This document shows, piece after piece, positions 1 to 9,266 of a stretch of 31,467 nucleotides of DNA. How positions within the stretch are numbered: position 1 is the first letter of the stretch; every line of letters starts with the position of its first letter. Below the pieces are notes generated by a model. That model made no database searches. It worked only from the letters and a program-made list of their open reading frames with translations, and was not told where the DNA came from. Both the position numbers and the translations under genes were made by a program. Location of the stretch: positions 1 through 31,467 of the IMG/VR virus record IMGVR_UViG_3300032332_000622; one strand, written 5' to 3'. Source of the DNA: a virus. Lineage: Duplodnaviria; Caudoviricetes.

Positions 1-50
1 ACTAATTTCGCACGACCAAATAGTCAGGGGAGGGGATACGATGTGGTAAG

Positions 51-509
51 ATGCCAGATATGCCGACATTTCCGCCAAATAAGTGCGCAGAGTTTGGCTG
101 CAAGCTGCCGTGCGCCAAGGGTAAGTCGGTTTGCGTCGAACACGCCCCGAAAATAAAAGCAAATGACAATAGAAAACAGTTTAATAAAATGTATGCCATG
201 ATCGCCTGGGACTCCGTGCGAAGCCGGGTATTATCTGAAAACCCGCTATGTCAATCGTGCCGGTGTAATGGCCACGTCAACATGGCAAATCACGTCGATC
301 ACTTATTTGCCTGGCGGGTTATTGGTGAGCACGCCTTTATGCACAACGTATTTCAATCCTTGTGCGCAGAATGTCACGGCATCAAATCGGCGCTTGAAAA
401 AAAGGGCATCTTCCGGCATTATGTTCAACCACAAGCCATTGATTATGAGTTGAGCGATTACACAAAGGTATTGGAGAATCATGAAAGCACCACCTCGACA
501 AATTCTTGA
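51..509 (+). CDS. Terminase-associated HNH endonuclease (HK97 gp74-like)
   Basis: Motifs LCQSC..C, HVDH and QSLCAECH; N-terminal P..C..GC; overlaps terS. True start may be ATG at 60 (MPTFP). Confidence 0.85.
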   Translation: MPDMPTFPPNKCAEFGCKLPCAKGKSVCVEHAPKIKANDNRKQFNKMYAMIAWDSVRSRVLSENPLCQSCRCNGHVNMANHVDHLFAWRVIGEHAFMHNVFQSLCAECHGIKSALEKKGIFRHYVQPQAIDYELSDYTKVLENHESTTSTNS

Positions 510-852
510 GTTCGTTCGCAATCCAGACGCCTGGGACGCCAAGGCGTTTGAGACTGCTATTCGCAACGAAGTTGAAAGCAACACCGGCAACATCACGGCG
601 TCTGATGAGTTGCTGATCGGATCGCTGGTGATGGTGGTCGAAACCATGCTTAATGCGCAGCGGCAGATCATGGATGATGGACCCATCTACGAATACAACT
701 CTGGCGATGCGCCAAGCCCCTGGTACAAAATCCGCACCGAGTCGCTGGACAAGGCAATCAAGATACTGGCTGAACTGGCGCTAGTTGCCCGTGGCCGGCC
801 CAAGAAATCAAATAAGGTGAGTGACGTTGATGAGCTATTCGCCACTGCTTAA
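481..852 (+). CDS. terS: Terminase small subunit
   Basis: 123 aa helical protein between HNH and TerL; C-terminal 'SPW...ILAELALVARGR' resembles P27-type TerS ends. Confidence 0.75.
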   Translation: MKAPPRQILEFVRNPDAWDAKAFETAIRNEVESNTGNITASDELLIGSLVMVVETMLNAQRQIMDDGPIYEYNSGDAPSPWYKIRTESLDKAIKILAELALVARGRPKKSNKVSDVDELFATA

Positions 853-2509
853 ACCGGCTTTTGAGTATGCCATTGGCGTTGCTCGTGGCGATATTTCGGC
901 GTGTGAAGATGTCCGCCTAGCGTGCCAACGATTCCTCGACATGGTGGAGCGCAAAGATGCGCCCTACGAGTTTGTGCCAGCCAAGGCCGAACACATCCTG
1001 AAATTTGTCAAGTTTTGCCGGCACGTCAAGGGCGCGGACGCCGGCCGGGTTATTGAACTGAGCGGATTCCAGGTATTGCTACTGGCGGCCATCTACGGCT
1101 TCCGGGACAAGCGCGACCATAGCTTCCGGTGGACGACCGACGTGATTTTGTTTGTGCCACGGAAGTCTGGCAAGACGACTTTGGCCTCAATTATTGCGCT
1201 CTACGAATTGCAGTTTGGCGATGCCGGCGCCGAGGTATTTACCCTGGCGACCAACCGGGAGCAGGCAACCATTTGCTTTGACTCGTCCAAGGCCATTGTG
1301 GAGAACATGAAGACGGAGTTGACCTCCAAATTCATTGTGTACCGAAACGAGTTGAAAAAGGCCGGCGATTCCACCTCGACCTATCGAGCCTTGAGCCGTG
1401 ATAACAAGAAGACCGGCGACGGCAAGAACCCGTCTTGCGCAATGATTGACGAGGCGGCCCAGATCATTGAGCGATCCTCCATCGAGGTGCTGCACTCCGG
1501 TATGGGCGCACGCAAGAACCCGTTGCGCATGTACCTGACAACGGCCAGCTTCACCAAAGAAACCAAGTTCTACGAAGACCTGAGCCATTTCCGCAACATA
1601 CTGCGCCAGGCCGCCCCCGACAATTATCGGTGGTTCGGGCTGCTGTATAGCATTGATCCTGGTGACGAGTGGAGCAATCCCGAGGTCTGGGGCAAGGCCA
1701 ATCCCATGCTGGGGATTTCCGTGACCAGGGAGCACATTGCTCACATGGCGGAAGAGGCGTCTGCAAAGCCGGCCAGCCTGAACGAGTTCTTGTGCAAGCA
1801 GTTGAACATCTACGTCAGCGCCAACAGCGCTTGGGTGGATCGCAGGTTCTGGGACGATTCTGTGGCCGCAATGCCGGAAGACAAGCCCGAGGCCACATTC
1901 ATGGCGTTCGACCTGGCGCATAGCCGCGACTTGAACGCCGTTTGCACGCTGCACCGCTATGGCGAGGAGGAGTTCTTCGCCAAGTTCCAGTTTTTCCTTC
2001 CGGAGGAGTCGCTATCCTTCATCCCAAATCACTACCGATCCACCTACATGCAAGCGGTTGAGTCGGGGGTGCTGAAACTGACGCAAGGCAACGTCACAGA
2101 CCTCACCGAAATTGAGGCTTACATTACCAGCGAGTGCCAGCAGCATCAAGTCAAGGAAATTGGGTTTGACCCTTATAATGCTGCCACACTGGTTGCGAAT
2201 CTGTTTGGCAATGCCTTGCCTGTCAAAAAGGTGGGTCAAAGCATGTCGGTTTTGTCGAACCCATCCAAGACCACGGAGCAACTGATTCTCAAGAAAGCCA
2301 TCAAGCACGATGGCAATCCGTTCGTGGGATGGCAGCTTGGAAACTGCGAGGTTTACACGGACGTGAATGGCAACGTGAAGGTTCGCAAAAACGAATCTGA
2401 TCCATCGGCCAAGGTGGACGGCATTATTACCCTGATTATGGCCATGCACTGCCACCTGGATAACGTCTTTGTCAACGAATCATTTGGCTTTCGGTCGGTT
2501 GATTGGTAG
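830..2509 (+). CDS. terL: Terminase large subunit
   Basis: Walker A VPRKSGKT, Walker B AMIDE, W.KANP.LG, nuclease FDLA and KVDG motifs. ATG at 830 preferred over GTG at 821. Confidence 0.96.
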   Translation: MSYSPLLKPAFEYAIGVARGDISACEDVRLACQRFLDMVERKDAPYEFVPAKAEHILKFVKFCRHVKGADAGRVIELSGFQVLLLAAIYGFRDKRDHSFRWTTDVILFVPRKSGKTTLASIIALYELQFGDAGAEVFTLATNREQATICFDSSKAIVENMKTELTSKFIVYRNELKKAGDSTSTYRALSRDNKKTGDGKNPSCAMIDEAAQIIERSSIEVLHSGMGARKNPLRMYLTTASFTKETKFYEDLSHFRNILRQAAPDNYRWFGLLYSIDPGDEWSNPEVWGKANPMLGISVTREHIAHMAEEASAKPASLNEFLCKQLNIYVSANSAWVDRRFWDDSVAAMPEDKPEATFMAFDLAHSRDLNAVCTLHRYGEEEFFAKFQFFLPEESLSFIPNHYRSTYMQAVESGVLKLTQGNVTDLTEIEAYITSECQQHQVKEIGFDPYNAATLVANLFGNALPVKKVGQSMSVLSNPSKTTEQLILKKAIKHDGNPFVGWQLGNCEVYTDVNGNVKVRKNESDPSAKVDGIITLIMAMHCHLDNVFVNESFGFRSVDW

Positions 2510-2512
2510 AAT
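2484..2512 (+). promoter_or_regulatory. Possible sigma70-like promoter upstream of portal
   Basis: TTGGCT (2484-2489), 17 nt spacer, TAGAAT (2507-2512) preceded by TG (extended -10); GGAG RBS at 2524-2527. Confidence 0.4.
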
Positions 2513-2533
2513 GTTGCTCAATTGGAGAAAAAT

Positions 2534-3931
2534 ATGCCTATTTGGGACATTTTCAAGCGAAAAGAAGCGGTTTCTAACGAGTCCAATACCCTTTTTGGAC
2601 AGACCGCTCTGGGCAATAATATTGTCTATCAGGCCGGAAAAACCCGGCCGACAGTCAACACCCAGATTCTGTATGTCACCACTGCCTCGACCAACAATGC
2701 TGGCCGGCCGGTGGACATGTCGCTTCTTACGCGCAACTCCACGATCCTGGCGTGCGTTTCAGCCAAGGCCCGAGCCATTTCACAATTGCCCATTCGGGTG
2801 ATGTGCGAAATGGACGATGGCACCTATGTAGATGCCTGCAAAGACGAAAATGTGGGCAAGAGGGACAAGGCCAAGGCCAAGCAAGTTGCATCGCTCTTGG
2901 CCAATCCTAATCGCTTCCAGAGCGCCTATGAGTTCTGGTATCAATGGATCATGTGGTACGAGTTGTCGGGCGAAGCGTTTACTTTGTGGTGGCGCGAGAA
3001 CCAGGATAATTCCCTAGAAACCCCGCTGGAAATGTATATCCTGGACAGTACCTTGATTGCTGTCACGATTACCCCGACCCGCTACCCGAGCTATCGGCTA
3101 TCCACGCCGTCCTATGGATTCAGCCGCGACGAGCCTCTGAACGCCCATCAAGTCATGCACGTCAAAGATATGGCGTGGCAGGGCTCGGCCGGTTTCAACA
3201 AGGGCATCCTAGCTGCCGAATTAGTCAGCTTGGATCAGGACATCGACCTGTACGCCAACTATGTCATGCAGAACGGCGCCAAACCCTCCGGCATGTTCAC
3301 TACCGAGCAAGTAATCCCTGATGGCAAGTTCAAAGAGATTGCCGCACGTTTAAAGGAAGCCTGGTCGAGCATGACCGGCAGCCGGCAGGCTGATCCAAGC
3401 AAGCCAGGGCAAGGTATGCTGCTGGACCAAGGCATGAAATACGAGCCACTGAGGATGCTGACGCTGCAAGACGCCGACGCTCACAACCTCAAAGTTCAAA
3501 CTATGAAGCGAATTTGCGGCTTGTTTGGTGTACCGCCTGCATTGATCGGAATTCAAGATCAAAAGTACAACAACACTCAGACTATTATTGATGAGTTTTA
3601 CAAGTCAACAATCTACCCCACAACAGTCAACATTCAGCAAAAACTCAAGCTGCAATTGTTCCCAGGTTATCCAAACCTCAAAATCGAGTTTGACACAAGG
3701 GACTTTTTGAAAGGCGCCCCTCTGGATCAGATGAATTTTGCGGTGGCCGGCGTGGGTGCGGGTATCATGACTCCCAACGAGGCTCGGCAGTACATGAACA
3801 TGCCCAACATTGACGGCGCTGACAATTTGCTTGACCCCTCCGCAAAAACTGATACCATACCCGGAACTAGCCCCCAAGATACTGGCGGCGGAGGCGGCAG
3901 CCAAACCCGCAAAATGAATATCGGCAAATAA
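2534..3931 (+). CDS. Portal protein (HK97 family)
   Basis: Motifs LL.NPN.FQS.YEFW, NGAKPSG, ICGLFGVPP, GIMTPNEAR; GGAG RBS 6 nt before ATG 2534. Confidence 0.95.
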   Translation: MPIWDIFKRKEAVSNESNTLFGQTALGNNIVYQAGKTRPTVNTQILYVTTASTNNAGRPVDMSLLTRNSTILACVSAKARAISQLPIRVMCEMDDGTYVDACKDENVGKRDKAKAKQVASLLANPNRFQSAYEFWYQWIMWYELSGEAFTLWWRENQDNSLETPLEMYILDSTLIAVTITPTRYPSYRLSTPSYGFSRDEPLNAHQVMHVKDMAWQGSAGFNKGILAAELVSLDQDIDLYANYVMQNGAKPSGMFTTEQVIPDGKFKEIAARLKEAWSSMTGSRQADPSKPGQGMLLDQGMKYEPLRMLTLQDADAHNLKVQTMKRICGLFGVPPALIGIQDQKYNNTQTIIDEFYKSTIYPTTVNIQQKLKLQLFPGYPNLKIEFDTRDFLKGAPLDQMNFAVAGVGAGIMTPNEARQYMNMPNIDGADNLLDPSAKTDTIPGTSPQDTGGGGGSQTRKMNIGK

Positions 3932-3946
3932 TGATTTTTGCCGATA
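3919..3946. promoter_or_regulatory. Perfect 10-bp inverted repeat spanning the portal stop codon
   Basis: TATCGGCAAA (3919-3928) / TTTGCCGATA (3937-3946) with loop TAATGATT. Confidence 0.5.
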
Positions 3947-4042
3947 CAATCAAGCAACTTTTCGCACGGCAATTGCAACGTGCTGCGGAAAAATGCATCA
4001 AAATACAGGACATTGACAAAACCAAAGTTGATGGAGTAATCA

Positions 4043-4822
4043 ATGACACCCAAAAATTTTACGATGCTGTGCGAAGCCCGGCTTGTGCCGGAGGCCAAAG
4101 GACAGACCGGAAAAATTGAAGCGACTGTGACCACCTGGGGTGCTCGGGAGGGTGCTGACGGTCGCCGGTTCAATTATCAGCCCGAGGGCTTCATGGATTG
4201 GGCCGAGGCTTTCTCCAAAACCGGCAAGCCGCTGCCAATGTTCATGAATCATCAGTCGGACGCGATGCCGGTGGGTGAATGGACTTCGTTTGAAATGACC
4301 GCTTCGGGCATGATTGCCGAAGGTCGCATTTTCATGAATACGGCGGCTGGCAAAGACATGCACACCATCATGAAGGAATCGCCAAGCATGTTTGGCGGCG
4401 TGTCGGTGGGTGCTTATGCCGAAGACTATCAAATGGTCAACGCGGACGGCGAGCCTGACCAGTCCGAAGATGCCTATTTCCAGATCACCAAAGGCGGCCT
4501 GCGCGAAGTGTCGGTGGTGATGTACCCGAACAACCCGGAGGCCAATGTCAGCCGCCTGGAATACTTCCGGCCCGATGGATCGGCCGATTTGAAGATCATG
4601 GAACAAGCCCTGCGTGATGCCGGGCTTTCCAAGAGTGATGCGGTCGCTGCCGCATCGACGTTCAAGAAGGTGCTTGAACAGCGTGATGCTGCCAAGCCTC
4701 CGATTGAACCTGCGACGCCCCAGCGTGATGCTGATGCGGAAGCGACCGCCAACGCAGCTATTCTCGCGGCTCTTGAGCAGCGCGAACTGCTGCAAATTCT
4801 TGATAAACGACTAAAAAGGTAA
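4043..4822 (+). CDS. Prohead maturation protease (HK97 family)
   Basis: PMFMNH, PVGEW, GVSVG, LREVSVV.YP.NPEA motifs; 'EQALRDAGLSKSDA' C-terminal motif; position between portal and capsid. Confidence 0.93.
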   Translation: MTPKNFTMLCEARLVPEAKGQTGKIEATVTTWGAREGADGRRFNYQPEGFMDWAEAFSKTGKPLPMFMNHQSDAMPVGEWTSFEMTASGMIAEGRIFMNTAAGKDMHTIMKESPSMFGGVSVGAYAEDYQMVNADGEPDQSEDAYFQITKGGLREVSVVMYPNNPEANVSRLEYFRPDGSADLKIMEQALRDAGLSKSDAVAAASTFKKVLEQRDAAKPPIEPATPQRDADAEATANAAILAALEQRELLQILDKRLKR

Positions 4823-4826
4823 CACC

Positions 4827-6176
4827 ATGTCTCAAGTGATTCTCGACAAGTTGGACGCCATCGACGCCAAGCAGCAAGAAGCTGTGCAGGCCGTGGAAGC
4901 CAAAATCCCCGCTGCCGTTGACGCCGCTCGCGTCGAACTGGAAGCCAAAATTGCCGCTCTGGAAGCCAAAGTCGCTTCGGTGCAAGCTCCGTCCATCATC
5001 CGGGTTGCCAAAAGCGTCCGCACCGATGTGAATCGGGCTGTGCGCGAGCAACTGGCCAGCTACTACAAAAGTGCTCGCCAGGGCGAAAAAGAACTCAAGA
5101 TGTTTGAGGACCAAAGCCAGTACGATGCCTACATGCGTGAGGCGAGCGCACTCACTGCTGGCGGCGATGGCAAGGGCGGTCGCACGGGTTACGATCCGGT
5201 GTTTGTCGCTTTGCGTCTGGCCAACCAACTGCGCGGCATGTCTCGCACCGTCGCCACTGATGGCTCCAGCTATCAGTTCCGTGTGAAGACCGGCAACGCT
5301 GGTGCTCAGTGGGGTTACGGAGTGCAAAACAACGGCACGCCCACCACCGAGAACACTGCCATTTGGCAACTGGTGCTCAAGGACATCAATGTGCAGTTCC
5401 CGATCCGTACTGCGGCTTTGGACGACATCGACGGCCTGGAAGCCAACGTGGTTGACGACATGCTGATGGAGTTCGCCCAAGCCGAAGCTCAATCCATGAT
5501 TTCCAACGACGACCAAAGCGGTACGGGCTCGACCGTAACGACCGGCGGTGCTGATGGTCTGCGCGGCCTGAACCAGTACCCTGGCGCCAACAGCACTTAC
5601 GCTGGCGGCACGACCTCGACGGCTGCTTTCGGCACCTCGGGCACGGGTTCTACCACCGGCCTGCACAGCCTGGCCACCTACGACCAGTTGACCTCCAACG
5701 CCAACACCGTGGGTGCCAATGCAATCGTCTACAAGGACGTCATCAACACCATCTACGCTCTGCCGCAACAGTATTGGACTGCCGGCGCCAAGTTCATGGT
5801 GAATCCGATCCTGGCCCAAGCCATCCGTGGCCTGCAAGACACCAATGGCCGCCCGATCTTCAACTCGATGGAGTCGCTGAACCCGGACGGCATCATTGGT
5901 CAACTGCTGGGCTTTGATGTGGTGATGAACAAGTACCTCGACGCCCCCAGCCAATTGGCTACCGGCGCCGCCGGTACTGTGAGCAAGTACCCGATGTATT
6001 TCGGTGACTGGACTCGCGGCCACACCATCATCGACCGCTTGAACATGGTGATGCGTCGGTATGACCAGACCTTGCCTGGCTACATCACGTTCTACGGCGA
6101 GAAACGGCTGGCCACGTCGGTGCGCGATCCCAACGCACTGATCCGCTATCGCTCGACTGGCACTGCCAACGCCTAA
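4827..6176 (+). CDS. Major capsid protein 1 (HK97 fold, N-terminal coiled-coil delta domain)
   Basis: 449 aa; ~110 aa helical N-terminus; L.D.NGRPI, LLGF.V, FGD, FYGEKRL...VRDPNA C-terminal capsid motifs. Confidence 0.93.
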   Translation: MSQVILDKLDAIDAKQQEAVQAVEAKIPAAVDAARVELEAKIAALEAKVASVQAPSIIRVAKSVRTDVNRAVREQLASYYKSARQGEKELKMFEDQSQYDAYMREASALTAGGDGKGGRTGYDPVFVALRLANQLRGMSRTVATDGSSYQFRVKTGNAGAQWGYGVQNNGTPTTENTAIWQLVLKDINVQFPIRTAALDDIDGLEANVVDDMLMEFAQAEAQSMISNDDQSGTGSTVTTGGADGLRGLNQYPGANSTYAGGTTSTAAFGTSGTGSTTGLHSLATYDQLTSNANTVGANAIVYKDVINTIYALPQQYWTAGAKFMVNPILAQAIRGLQDTNGRPIFNSMESLNPDGIIGQLLGFDVVMNKYLDAPSQLATGAAGTVSKYPMYFGDWTRGHTIIDRLNMVMRRYDQTLPGYITFYGEKRLATSVRDPNALIRYRSTGTANA

Positions 6177-6186
6177 AAAGGCCGTT

Positions 6187-6225
6187 TTGGGGGAGGCTTT
6201 GGCTTCCCCCAATTCTTCAATTTTC
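6187..6225 (+). terminator. Hairpin / probable leaky intrinsic terminator between the two capsid genes
   Basis: TTGGGGGAGGC-TTTG-GCTTCCCCCAA 11-bp stem (one G-U) followed by interrupted U-rich TTCTTCAATTTTC. Confidence 0.7.
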
Positions 6226-6236
6226 TGGACTCACCA

Positions 6237-7283
6237 ATGAAAACCATTACCGAAAAAATCTTGGATGGCATCAAGCTCACGCTGGAAACCGGCGAGCGAA
6301 TCAATCTTGATTTGAGCGAGGCTGCGGGTCTGACAGGCAGCGGCAATGGTCAAGGTGGCCGGACGTATTTTGATGACGCATTTGCAGCCCTGCGCTATGC
6401 CAACCCATTCCGCATGGGCGCTCGGCAGGTCAAGGTGGCAGGTTCCAGCGCCATGTTTGTGGCCAAGACCGGCAACGCAGCCAACCAAACAAATCCTTGG
6501 GGTTACGCAATCAACGCGAACAGCGGCACCCCCAACACCAACACGACGATTTGGCAACTGCCGACTCGCGTGATTACGGCTGAACTGCCGATCCGCACTG
6601 CGGTAATGTCGGATGTCAATTACCTCAACGAAACCATTGTTGAAGACCTGATGCTGGAATTTGCCAGCATCGAAGCAGCTTCAATGGCTTCCAACAGCGA
6701 CCAGGCTGGCAGCACGACTACGGCTACCGGCGCAACAGACGGTTTGCGCGGCCTCAACTACTATGCCGGCACCAGCGGCTCGGCAGCAGCCTATGGCTCG
6801 TCGGGCACAGCCATCACCAATGGCCTGCACACTTTGCGCACGGTGGGCCATTCCAGCGCGTCGGTGGATTTGGAAACTCTGATGGATATGGCCAGCGCTT
6901 TGCCACCTCAATACTGGAATTTGCCGGGCACTGCCTGGCACATGCACCCCAGCTACATTACGGCGCTGCGCAAATACACGCACAACGGAACAATTGGACC
7001 ATACTCTTTGGTGGACACTGGCGAGCTTGGCGAAGGCCCGGCAGTCAACATTATGGGGTTTCCTGTCATCCCCAACCCTTACCTCGACGCCACAGGCACA
7101 GCAGGCAATTTCCCGGTGTACCTGGCCAATTGGCCGCAATTCATGACCATTGCCGACGTGGAAGAAATGTCGATTCAGGCGATGGAAGAAACTGCGCCAG
7201 GGTTTATCACGCTGTACGCCGAGAAGCGCATGGTCAGCACTGTGCGCAACCCCTTTGCCGGCGTCCGGTTGATCGAGACTTAA
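6237..7283 (+). CDS. Major capsid protein 2 (paralog of capsid 1, short N-terminus)
   Basis: Colinear with capsid 1: F.ALR.AN..R, KTGNA, IWQL, PIRTA, DGLRGLN, ALP.QYW, PG.IT.Y.EKR....VR.P.A. Confidence 0.88.
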   Translation: MKTITEKILDGIKLTLETGERINLDLSEAAGLTGSGNGQGGRTYFDDAFAALRYANPFRMGARQVKVAGSSAMFVAKTGNAANQTNPWGYAINANSGTPNTNTTIWQLPTRVITAELPIRTAVMSDVNYLNETIVEDLMLEFASIEAASMASNSDQAGSTTTATGATDGLRGLNYYAGTSGSAAAYGSSGTAITNGLHTLRTVGHSSASVDLETLMDMASALPPQYWNLPGTAWHMHPSYITALRKYTHNGTIGPYSLVDTGELGEGPAVNIMGFPVIPNPYLDATGTAGNFPVYLANWPQFMTIADVEEMSIQAMEETAPGFITLYAEKRMVSTVRNPFAGVRLIET

Positions 7284-7286
7284 TCC

Positions 7287-7958
7287 ATGACGGCAGACGC
7301 CATGCTTGCAGGTTTGCCCTACGGGGCAACCACCCGCAATCCGTTCAACTATTCCAAGGTTGAGCAGATCGGGCGCGACAATACGACCGCTTGGCTGACC
7401 CAGACTGAAATCACCAATCAGTTGAATCTGTTTGGCGATACTAGTCAAAGCACCTACCTGGCAAGCCTTGAATTGGCCGTCAGACAGGCGATTGAAGACT
7501 TCCTGGGGCTTTCCATCTTCCCGGTGTCCTATCGCGTCTGGTACGGCATAGAAAGTCTTATCGCTTCTCCGTTGAGCTTGGACTTGCCGGAGGTCAGCCA
7601 GAACGCAAATTCCGCTCTGGCTGGGGTGACGATTACATCGCTGAAATACTGGACTGATGCTTTTCCTGCGGTTTCCGTTACGGTGGATGCATCTCAGTAT
7701 TACTACGATGTTTCCGGCAATAAGCTGATTGTTTTGAGTTTGCCGACAAGCGTCAATTCGACGATGACAGCGCCCATTGTCTTGGATTACGCTACGGTGG
7801 CCAATCCGTTGGCGGCCTACCCCGTCATCAAACAGGCGGGACTCTTGCTGCTGACGCATCTTTACAACAATCGCAGCAACACGACGGACAAGCGATTGCA
7901 CGATATTCCGTTTGGCGTGGCGGCTTTGCTGCGGCCATACAAGCCGCTGGTGATGTAA
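7287..7958 (+). CDS. Head-tail connector (gp6-like, long form)
   Basis: C-terminal 'IKQAGLLLLTHLYNNR...IPFGVAALLRPYK' typical of connectors; position after capsid. Confidence 0.85.
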   Translation: MTADAMLAGLPYGATTRNPFNYSKVEQIGRDNTTAWLTQTEITNQLNLFGDTSQSTYLASLELAVRQAIEDFLGLSIFPVSYRVWYGIESLIASPLSLDLPEVSQNANSALAGVTITSLKYWTDAFPAVSVTVDASQYYYDVSGNKLIVLSLPTSVNSTMTAPIVLDYATVANPLAAYPVIKQAGLLLLTHLYNNRSNTTDKRLHDIPFGVAALLRPYKPLVM

Positions 7959-8303
7959 ATGGCGATTGCTCGCTTTGAAAATATTGGCGTCAATAATCTG
8001 ACGTTTGGGCAGTCTGCTTTTGGCGAACAGACCACCACCCAAAGCCTTTGGTTTACGACCAGGGCAAGGGTTCACTCGGTTGCCAATCACGTCAAGATTA
8101 CGGACAAATACCGGGTTTATTCGGACGTGGTGGAGTTCACCTTGAACTACACGCCGAACTTGAAAACCATCATTGACAATCAAAATGCCTATTCAATCAC
8201 CTGGCGCGGATTTGATTGGCGAATCGACAATGTGCGCGAATCGGATGACCGCATGAACGCGCTTTTGTTCTGCGTCCGAAATGATCCAGTGGCGGCGGTG
8301 TAA
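7959..8303 (+). CDS. Head-tail adaptor / head closure protein
   Basis: 114 aa beta-rich protein with FGE and 'ITWRGFDWRIDNV'; synteny. Confidence 0.75.
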   Translation: MAIARFENIGVNNLTFGQSAFGEQTTTQSLWFTTRARVHSVANHVKITDKYRVYSDVVEFTLNYTPNLKTIIDNQNAYSITWRGFDWRIDNVRESDDRMNALLFCVRNDPVAAV

Positions 8304-8722
8304 TGGCAACGCAGCAAAACCCCGTTCAATATGCCAAGGCCATTCAGTATCAACTGGCAAGTATTGTCACGCCCGTGCCGGTGTATGCCTCTTTCAACCG
8401 CAACTTTGCGACTCAGCCAAAATTTATCACCTGGATGCTGCGCAATGTCCACCAGCCGGTATATACCGGGGCCAACCAAGCGAACAAGGGTATTGACCGG
8501 CCAACCTTCCAGATTTCTGTTTTCACGCAAGTGATTGAGGATGGGTTTACAATATCCAACCAGATACTACAATCATTGCACGGATATGCGGGATTGTTCG
8601 GCGGAGCAACTGACGGATTCCAAATTTCCAAAGCCGATGTGCATTGGCTTTACAATTCATACGACAACGAGCAAAAGTTGGCGCAAGTGTTTATGGACTG
8701 CACGCTCGACATCCCAACATAA
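8303..8722 (+). CDS. Tail terminator / completion protein (DUF3168-like)
   Basis: 139 aa; PVY...P.FI, FQISVF pattern; immediately upstream of the tail tube genes. Confidence 0.7.
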   Translation: MATQQNPVQYAKAIQYQLASIVTPVPVYASFNRNFATQPKFITWMLRNVHQPVYTGANQANKGIDRPTFQISVFTQVIEDGFTISNQILQSLHGYAGLFGGATDGFQISKADVHWLYNSYDNEQKLAQVFMDCTLDIPT

Positions 8723-8756
8723 GACGCCACCAACCACTTTTTGAAGGAACTGCAAA

Positions 8757-9251
8757 ATGGCTTTGCCCAATAAAATTCTTCCCGGTTTCAGCGCCTCGAT
8801 GTACGCTCAACCGAGCGCCAGCCCAACTCCGCTGACGCTTTCGCAGTTGTCCACGGTGGGCAGCGTTTCCGCCATTGCCGTGTCTGGCAACCTCATGAAC
8901 ATTGAGGCCATCCCAGCTTTTGGCCAAGATGATGCGGTGGCTTCGTTTGCAGTGGCTGGCGCCCGTCAGTCGGACAAAATTCCGACACAAAGCGCCCCGA
9001 CCTCAATGACCATCACGGCCGCCTGGAATCCTTCGGATACCGTGACTTTGCTGCTGCGTGCAGACGCCTACAGCGGCACCGTGGATCGCACTTTCGTGAT
9101 TGCAGCTACCGATGGCACCAACATCGTGTACTACGCTTTCAACGGCCGAGTGAGCCAGTTCCAGATTGACTCCCAGCCCGGCGCCGAAGCAAAATGCACT
9201 TTCACCATCCATCCCCGTGGCAATCTGTACGGGTGGAGCAACAACGCCTAA
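8757..9251 (+). CDS. Major tail (tube) protein 1
   Basis: 164 aa; 'IPAFGQ...SMTITAAWNP...YAFNGRVSQFQI...KCTFTI' siphovirus tube pattern; AAGGA RBS. Confidence 0.8.
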   Translation: MALPNKILPGFSASMYAQPSASPTPLTLSQLSTVGSVSAIAVSGNLMNIEAIPAFGQDDAVASFAVAGARQSDKIPTQSAPTSMTITAAWNPSDTVTLLLRADAYSGTVDRTFVIAATDGTNIVYYAFNGRVSQFQIDSQPGAEAKCTFTIHPRGNLYGWSNNA

Positions 9252-9266
9252 CCAGGAGACTGAATC

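Noticed and set aside
1-50. cos site or late promoter at the window start (G-rich run, TGGTAAGAT, TTTCGCACG also at 3960)
   Set aside because: Too little upstream context, and a single 9-mer match can be chance; cannot be supported.
4013-4040. TTGACA -35 box upstream of the protease
   Set aside because: The matching -10 position overlaps the RBS and would put the transcript start inside the gene; poor -10 match.
4758-6212. 484-aa antisense ORF over capsid 1
   Set aside because: Shadow of a strongly codon-biased sense gene; no motifs and no RBS evident.
6681-8183. 500-aa antisense ORF spanning capsid 2, connector and adaptor
   Set aside because: The sense genes are all in one frame, so a stop-poor antisense frame is expected; the translation has no recognisable features.
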